A DNA stretch of 64,000 bases, from assembly GCA_029856145.1 (NCBI GenBank), contig JAHQWK010000026.1, forward strand, positions 1 to 64,000, written 5' to 3'. Origin of the DNA: Promethearchaeia archaeon. Lineage in GTDB: Archaea; Asgardarchaeota; Lokiarchaeia; Sigyniarchaeales; SOKP01. The notes beneath the pieces are model-generated. The model saw nothing but the letters and a program-made list of their open reading frames with translations. It was not told the DNA's origin and did not search any database. This document shows, in pieces, positions 59,096-64,000 of the stretch (within the stretch, counting starts at the first letter, position 1; every line of letters starts with the position of its first letter). A program made the position numbers and the translations under genes.

Positions 59096-59157
59096 TTTTC
59101 TTACCTCCCTCTTTATTTTTTTTTTTTTTCTAATTTTATTTTTAAATTAATTTTTTA

Positions 59158-59886
59158 TTATATTTTCCCAACTGGTGCCAGATAAAGAGTGATTTCGTTC
59201 TCTCCATCGACACCAATAAATTTATCAAGTTCATCTTGCTTATATGCAACAATGGCACATGTACCAGTACTTATTGCCTCACACGCAAGATAAAGGTTTT
59301 GGCAAATATGACCAACTCCCATTAAAATATCTTTAAGAGAATCTTCTCCATATCGCCACTCCAATCTATATGGTCTAGCAGTCCAGATAAAAACAACAGA
59401 TGCTTTTCCAATAAAGGCTTGCCCATGGCACACTTCGACTAATTTCTCAGATAGACCAGTTTTATTAGTGTCTAAAACCAATAATTTATGTTCTACTGCT
59501 AAATATCGATATAATCCAGGCGCTAACCCTTCAATATTATTTACTACTAAATATGTTTCATATGGATGCATTGCTCCACCAGAAGGAACTGTTCGTTTAG
59601 TTACCAACCCACCACGAGCAAGTTCCTTTACTCCTTGTGTAGCCCATAGCAAAAAAGATAATTCCTCTATAGTTAATTCAGCTTCAAGATACTTTCGACG
59701 ACTTTCTCGATTATTTATTGCCTGCATTAAGGAAATATCATCTAATTTAATAGAATCATGTGATATTAAGTCAATTAATCTAGCATCTTCAGGATACGGC
59801 TTTTGGATTGGAGGGATAGGAAAACCCTTCATTTGATCTGTTTCATCTTCCAAAACCGGATTTTTAAGATATTTTCGATATTCCAT
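59158..59886 (-). CDS. SagB/ThcOx-family nitroreductase-fold dehydrogenase
   Basis: RESRRKY, LLWATQG, RTVPSGGAMHPYE, GHICQNLYL. Confidence 0.92.
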   Translation of the reverse strand: MEYRKYLKNPVLEDETDQMKGFPIPPIQKPYPEDARLIDLISHDSIKLDDISLMQAINNRESRRKYLEAELTIEELSFLLWATQGVKELARGGLVTKRTVPSGGAMHPYETYLVVNNIEGLAPGLYRYLAVEHKLLVLDTNKTGLSEKLVEVCHGQAFIGKASVVFIWTARPYRLEWRYGEDSLKDILMGVGHICQNLYLACEAISTGTCAIVAYKQDELDKFIGVDGENEITLYLAPVGKI

Positions 59887-59907
59887 GTTATAATTCCTCC
59901 TAGTTAA

Positions 59908-60003
59908 TTAATAATATCGTTTAGCACGAATTTGAGCATCCAACTTAGCTTTTAGATCCTTATAATACTCATATCCAATTTCTTTTCTTTCTATTCTTTT
60001 CAT
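59908..60003 (-). CDS. Tyr-rich micropeptide B (31 aa), not in the ORF track
   Basis: MKRIERKEIGYEYYKDLKAKLDAQIRAKRYY*; GAGGT RBS upstream; paralog of micropeptide A. Confidence 0.75.
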   Translation of the reverse strand: MKRIERKEIGYEYYKDLKAKLDAQIRAKRYY

Positions 60004-60095
60004 TTTTTTAACCTCTAATTCATATTTATTTCTTTTCTTTATGATGTTTTAATAATTTTGATGATCATGATAAAAAAAAATAAAAAAAATTGTAT

Positions 60096-60179
60096 TTAAT
60101 AATACATTTTATCAACAAACGCTCTTTTAGCGTCAAACTGGGCTTTAACATTTTTGTAATATTCATAACTATTTTCCAT
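60096..60179 (-). CDS. Tyr-rich micropeptide A (27 aa), not in the ORF track
   Basis: MENSYEYYKNVKAQFDAKRAFVDKMYY*; GGTGA RBS upstream; shares YEYYKxxKAxxDA and terminal YY with peptide B. Confidence 0.75.
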   Translation of the reverse strand: MENSYEYYKNVKAQFDAKRAFVDKMYY

Positions 60180-60223
60180 TTTTTTTTTCACCATTTTTTT
60201 ATTTTTTTTTTAATTTTTTTTTG

Positions 60224-60299
60224 AGTGTGTATAATTTTTTATTCTCTGATCATGAAGTGTGTATTATCATATTTAAATGTTGTGTATTGAAGTGTGTAT
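60224..60299 (-). promoter_or_regulatory. promoter with four direct repeats flanking a TATA-like box
   Basis: AGTGTGTAT at 60224, 60256 and 60291, TGTGTAT at 60281; ATTTAAAT at 60271-60278. Confidence 0.62.
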
Positions 60300-60436
60300 T
60301 TTTGATCGTAAAAAGTATGAATATTAAGGGGAAGAGACGTTCTATTCATGCTTTAGTGAATTGCATGGGGGGGTGTACTAAAAAATTCAATACACAAAAA
60401 AAATTTAAAAAAAAAATAAAAAGATTAAATAGAATT

Positions 60437-60769
60437 TTATCCAGCAGTACTAGCAGGGATTAATAGAATATCGTCACCATTATTTACGTCATAGTCTTTT
60501 AATGAGCTATTTTCATCCATTGTAACGCCACCAGATGATAAATGAAAATCATTAGGATCAAGTCCATATAAATTTCCTAATGTATGTTTAATATCATTCA
60601 CATTATTACTGTCATTCACAGTTAATTTTTCTTTCTTTTCACCAGGACCAATTGTTGACATGAAGTATAAAGTTAATTTCTTTCCTGCTGAAGGGGTTTT
60701 AGACGCGGGAGTTTTAGATTTTACTGGTTCTTCTCCACCCAAATTTTCATCAAATTCATCAAAACTCAT
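60437..60769 (-). CDS. ubiquitin-like (beta-grasp) protein with flexible N-terminal extension
   Basis: LTV..SNNVNDIK..L..LYGLDP.DFHLSSGG.TMDENSSLKDYDVNNGD.ILL; ends in STAG. Confidence 0.82.
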   Translation of the reverse strand: MSFDEFDENLGGEEPVKSKTPASKTPSAGKKLTLYFMSTIGPGEKKEKLTVNDSNNVNDIKHTLGNLYGLDPNDFHLSSGGVTMDENSSLKDYDVNNGDDILLIPASTAG

Positions 60770-61085
60770 TCATATCACTTCCAAATTTTTTATTAATTTT
60801 GTTTTTTTTATTTTAAATTTACTTATACTTAATAAAATGGCATTAAAAATTTATTATAAAACCCTTTGGAATGATTTTGAAGTTTTTTAAGATTAGTAAA
60901 GGAGATCGCATTATACTTGATAGTTAAATAAAAAAAGAGGGAAATTAAAATTGGATTTCAGTCTAAAGTGCTGATGATCAATCCGAAAAGTTGTTTCCGG
61001 AAATGATCTTCAAATTTTCTGATTTTCATTCATAAATGGACAATAACATCATATCTTATAATTATTTTTCTAATTCCTTTTCCTC

Positions 61086-61259
61086 TCATTTTTTTAAACC
61101 CCTAGTTAATAAATTATCAACACACTCAATATGTGTTTTCAGATCTTCCATGAAAAATATAGACTTCAAAACCTTTTTGTTTGTTGATTCCTGAAGCCTG
61201 TTTATATGACCAGAAATCATTCTAACTTCTTCTAAAAATATATAATATTCTACTGACAT
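61086..61259 (-). CDS. putative small protein (57 aa), not in the ORF track
   Basis: MSVEYYIFLEEVRMISGHINRLQESTNKK...LLTRGLKK*; starts 2 nt after the upstream stop codon. Confidence 0.45.
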   Translation of the reverse strand: MSVEYYIFLEEVRMISGHINRLQESTNKKVLKSIFFMEDLKTHIECVDNLLTRGLKK

Positions 61260-61261
61260 TT

Positions 61262-61543
61262 CTAATCACTTAATTTGCTTATTAGGTAATTTATTTTGAT
61301 TAAATGTTGATGTATTTCAAATAGGTCCCCATCAGCAAATTCATTCTTCAAAATTGCTTGGTAGAGAAGATCTCTTTCGGAAAAGGGGATTTTTTCTGTT
61401 CCTGCATATAAGTCTGGACTCCTTTTTGATTCTCCAAATTCAGAAAATGAAACTATGATATCAGCAAAATTGATTGGCTCTATCCTCAGAATTTCCTGAT
61501 TAATGACTATCTTATATTTTTTACCTATAGATTTAAAGCTCAT
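61262..61543 (-). CDS. hypothetical protein
   Basis: 93-aa ORF; no motif recognised. Confidence 0.55.
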   Translation of the reverse strand: MSFKSIGKKYKIVINQEILRIEPINFADIIVSFSEFGESKRSPDLYAGTEKIPFSERDLLYQAILKNEFADGDLFEIHQHLIKINYLISKLSD

Positions 61544-61774
61544 AATTTTAATATAGACAAGCTTCGATATATAGTTTTTATTGCGGAACTTTCTGCGAAG
61601 TTCGAACTAAAGAAAAAGAATTAAAAACAAACCTAACTTTTTTTAATAAATTTTAGGTGTTTAACTGATTAAAATTAGTAATTTCTATTATTGTATCAAT
61701 CATAGGAAAAACTACATGACTCTAACGCTTTTAAATTAAAAAGATAAATTTGTATCTACTAATCGATATAAAAA

Positions 61775-62023
61775 TTGAATATTAGAATGACCAGAGAAGT
61801 TCCACAGAATAAAATATGTGTGGATTGCGGAAAATTAATATCTTATTCAGAGTTTTTAAGGGATAATCCTTCTATTTCAGAATTAAGAGCTAAGGATTTA
61901 TGGAATGATTCTATGATTACTATTTTTTGCCCCGATTGTTATTTCAATCGGCCTGAAAGGCCATTTAAAGTAAAACGGGGTTATTTTAATTATTATGGTA
62001 AGTCTCGATCATACCATAAATAG
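61775..62023 (+). CDS. small C4 zinc-finger protein
   Basis: CVDCG...LWND...FCPDCY. Confidence 0.7.
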   Translation: MNIRMTREVPQNKICVDCGKLISYSEFLRDNPSISELRAKDLWNDSMITIFCPDCYFNRPERPFKVKRGYFNYYGKSRSYHK

Positions 62024-62169
62024 AAGGAACTCAATTAATAATATCTTTTCGTCTGACATATTAATTTGACATATTACGTATATTCCAACTTCCACTTTTT
62101 GTTGTATCTATCTTTATTAATGCAAAGTTTCATTGAGAAATCATGTATCAAAGGTGTATAAGTGAAAAA

Positions 62170-62379
62170 ATGGATTATTCAGAAACATTTTTAGAAATGC
62201 TTCAATTTCTCCAACTTACTTATAAAAAATTCCCTAAATTCATGATAGAAATCATGGCTGAGAATTATGGCATTCCCCTTAATGAGATTAAACCATTAAT
62301 GATAAAATTCAGAAAACAAGGAATTTTACTAATATTAAAAGAAGAAGGTTATACTTTTACATTAAATAATAATTTCTAG
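62170..62379 (+). CDS. small winged-helix-like protein
   Basis: MAENYGIPLNEIKPLMIKFRKQGIL...GYTF; alternative start at 62143. Confidence 0.6.
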   Translation: MDYSETFLEMLQFLQLTYKKFPKFMIEIMAENYGIPLNEIKPLMIKFRKQGILLILKEEGYTFTLNNNF

Positions 62380-62530
62380 TTTTAAATAGAAACTTTCCCT
62401 ACTTATACGACTTTTTTGATGACTTCAAATAACATAGATGAATTTTAAATAGTTAATTCTCATATTAATATTCAAACTCATAATTAAATCAAGAAATCAA
62501 AAACAACAATAATTTCTTAGAGAATAGAAA

Positions 62531-62740
62531 TTGCGAAAAAAAACTGATCTTAATTTAATCATTGGAATTGTAATATTTTCAATTGGATTGGTTTCGGCTG
62601 CGTACAGCATTATAACATTAATTATAAGCTTATTGGTTTGGTACACGGGAATTATTGTATACGTGAAAGATCTACTATTTGAATTGGTGTTTATACTTCT
62701 TGGATTCCTTATAATTAGAAATCGCAAGATTAAGCAATAA
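62531..62740 (+). CDS. small membrane protein
   Basis: Two hydrophobic helices with basic ends. Confidence 0.5.
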   Translation: MRKKTDLNLIIGIVIFSIGLVSAAYSIITLIISLLVWYTGIIVYVKDLLFELVFILLGFLIIRNRKIKQ

Positions 62741-62884
62741 CAAAGTAAAAATCGTGTAATAAAAAGAAAATTGAAATCCACTTAATTTTTTAATACTTCT
62801 TTTTTTTTATTTTCCTAGATTCTTGACACTGGATTTATAATTCTAAACTATTATATGATTATTAATAAACGCAAAATAAAATCG

Positions 62885-64000
62885 ATGAAAAATTCTCATA
62901 TAGGAAATCTATTAAGTCAATATGGAGAAAATGTTAAGGGGATCTTAGCTGTTTTAGTTTATAAGAGGAGAGAATCGGCTCTTATAGAAGAAATTATAAA
63001 TCCTCATATTGATGAGCCCCAAGTTCATGTAAATTATAGTTTTATTAATGAATTAATTAAGAATCTTAAAAATGAATTTGGAGATGATAAAGACTTCCTG
63101 ATAATTAGAGAACTATCCAGAAAAAAAGTGGTTTCATGTTCACTAGGGTTCAATTACATTCTAATAACAATAGCATCGAAAAAAACTTCTGATATCGAAT
63201 TAAAAATATATTCCACTCACATTGCTGATGAAATTGAGCGGTTAGAGGAAGAGACAGAACTAGAAAGTCTTAGTTTGAAGATCCCTGGTATTATAAAAGT
63301 ATTTTCAAAAATAAAAAACGCTAAAATTTCTACAAATAAACTCTCTTTAAAGGTTATAGTTCTTGGAGATTACCAAGTGGGTAAGACATCATTAATTAAT
63401 GCATTCACTGATAAAAAATTTAAAGTCAGTTGGAATCCTACTGTCGGTTTTAATGTATACAAAAAGATTTTAAATATTGATGATACTGTTGTAATGAATT
63501 TAGCAATATGGGATACTGGAGGTTTTTCAAGCCAAATTTCTCCAACAAAAGAAAAGATTTTCAATTTCGCTGATGCTGCAATTATTGTTGTAGATAAAAC
63601 ACATCAAAATATTTTAAAAAGTATATTAAAATGGTATAATGAAATTAAAAACTCTTTAAATCAAGAAATACCAATTTTTTTAGCAATAACTAAGAATGAT
63701 CTTAATGTAGAAGAGGGTCATTTAGATTTAAAAAAAATTGAAGATTTTACAACAAATTATCAAATTGAGTATTTTTTAGTTTCAGCTAAAAATAGAGAGA
63801 ATATGGATGAATTATTTTTTGAAATAATTTATAAGATTATCAGTTTAAGAACAGAACAAAATTCTTATGGAGTATTTGAAGAAATTGATAAATATAAAGG
63901 TAATTATTTAACCCCCATAGAGATCAATGCTTTGAAAGATTTAGAACACCTAATAATAGAAAGCTTAAATATTCAGGGTGGATACTTACAACAAATAGGA
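62885..64000 (+). CDS. Roadblock-like domain fused to a Rab-like small GTPase; runs off the window and is not in the ORF track
   Basis: Manual translation: N-terminal ENVKGILAVLV roadblock-like domain; G1 GDYQVGKT, G2 PTVG, G3 WDTGG, G4 TKND, G5 SAK; frame open to base 64000. Confidence 0.88.
   Translation, partial: MKNSHIGNLLSQYGENVKGILAVLVYKRRESALIEEIINPHIDEPQVHVNYSFINELIKNLKNEFGDDKDFLIIRELSRKKVVSCSLGFNYILITIASKKTSDIELKIYSTHIADEIERLEEETELESLSLKIPGIIKVFSKIKNAKISTNKLSLKVIVLGDYQVGKTSLINAFTDKKFKVSWNPTVGFNVYKKILNIDDTVVMNLAIWDTGGFSSQISPTKEKIFNFADAAIIVVDKTHQNILKSILKWYNEIKNSLNQEIPIFLAITKNDLNVEEGHLDLKKIEDFTTNYQIEYFLVSAKNRENMDELFFEIIYKIISLRTEQNSYGVFEEIDKYKGNYLTPIEINALKDLEHLIIESLNIQGGYLQQIG

Noticed and set aside
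59158-60179. Classical TOMM/thiazole-oxazole microcin cluster
   Set aside because: No YcaO or E1-like cyclodehydratase in the window, and the peptides lack Cys/Ser/Thr-rich cores; kept only as a non-TOMM hypothesis
60221-60463. 80-aa plus-strand ORF
   Set aside because: Low-complexity translation across the promoter repeats and the Ubl terminator; better explained as regulatory DNA
61584-61610. Overlapping inverted repeats GAACTT..AAGTTC and AGTTCGAACT between divergent genes
   Set aside because: Short, single occurrence and no cognate regulator identified; could be chance
1-64000. tRNA/rRNA genes, transposases, integrases
   Set aside because: No GC-rich cloverleaf or rRNA-like segment and no transposase/integrase motifs seen by eye; tRNAscan-SE and Rfam would be decisive

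Overview
AT-rich (roughly 30% GC by eye), gene-dense chromosomal window that looks like an Asgard archaeon (Lokiarchaeia/Promethearchaeota). The assignment is inferred from a Loki-CTERM-type anchor, an SDS22-like LRR protein, two Roadblock/LC7 proteins (one dynein-light-chain-like), Rab-like GTPases, a ubiquitin-like protein, archaeal TATA boxes, AGGTGA ribosome-binding sites and oligo-T terminators. I saw no rRNA, tRNA, CRISPR array or intact transposase. Main points of interest: (1) a ~10 kb cluster, lrp <- -> tusA-dsrE-dsrF-dsrH-dsrE2-hdrC-hdrB-hdrA-mvhD-mvhG-like-[FrhB with an inserted GltD module plus wHTH]-tusA, with no [NiFe] large subunit, a candidate flavin-bifurcating complex linked to protein-bound sulfur; (2) two unannotated, paralogous Tyr-rich micropeptides (27 and 31 aa, YEYYK...DA...YY) under a repeat-flanked promoter, heading a run of SagB-type oxidase, bactofilin-like protein, RHH/coiled-coil protein, aminopeptidase and two MFS exporters; (3) a highly divergent RtcB-fold ligase; (4) a vWA plus double zinc-finger protein resembling TFIIH p44/Ssl1; (5) an orphan glycyl-radical enzyme; (6) apparent ACG and ATT start codons, several pseudogenes and predicted operator palindromes. 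All functional calls come from reading motifs by eye; no database search was run.
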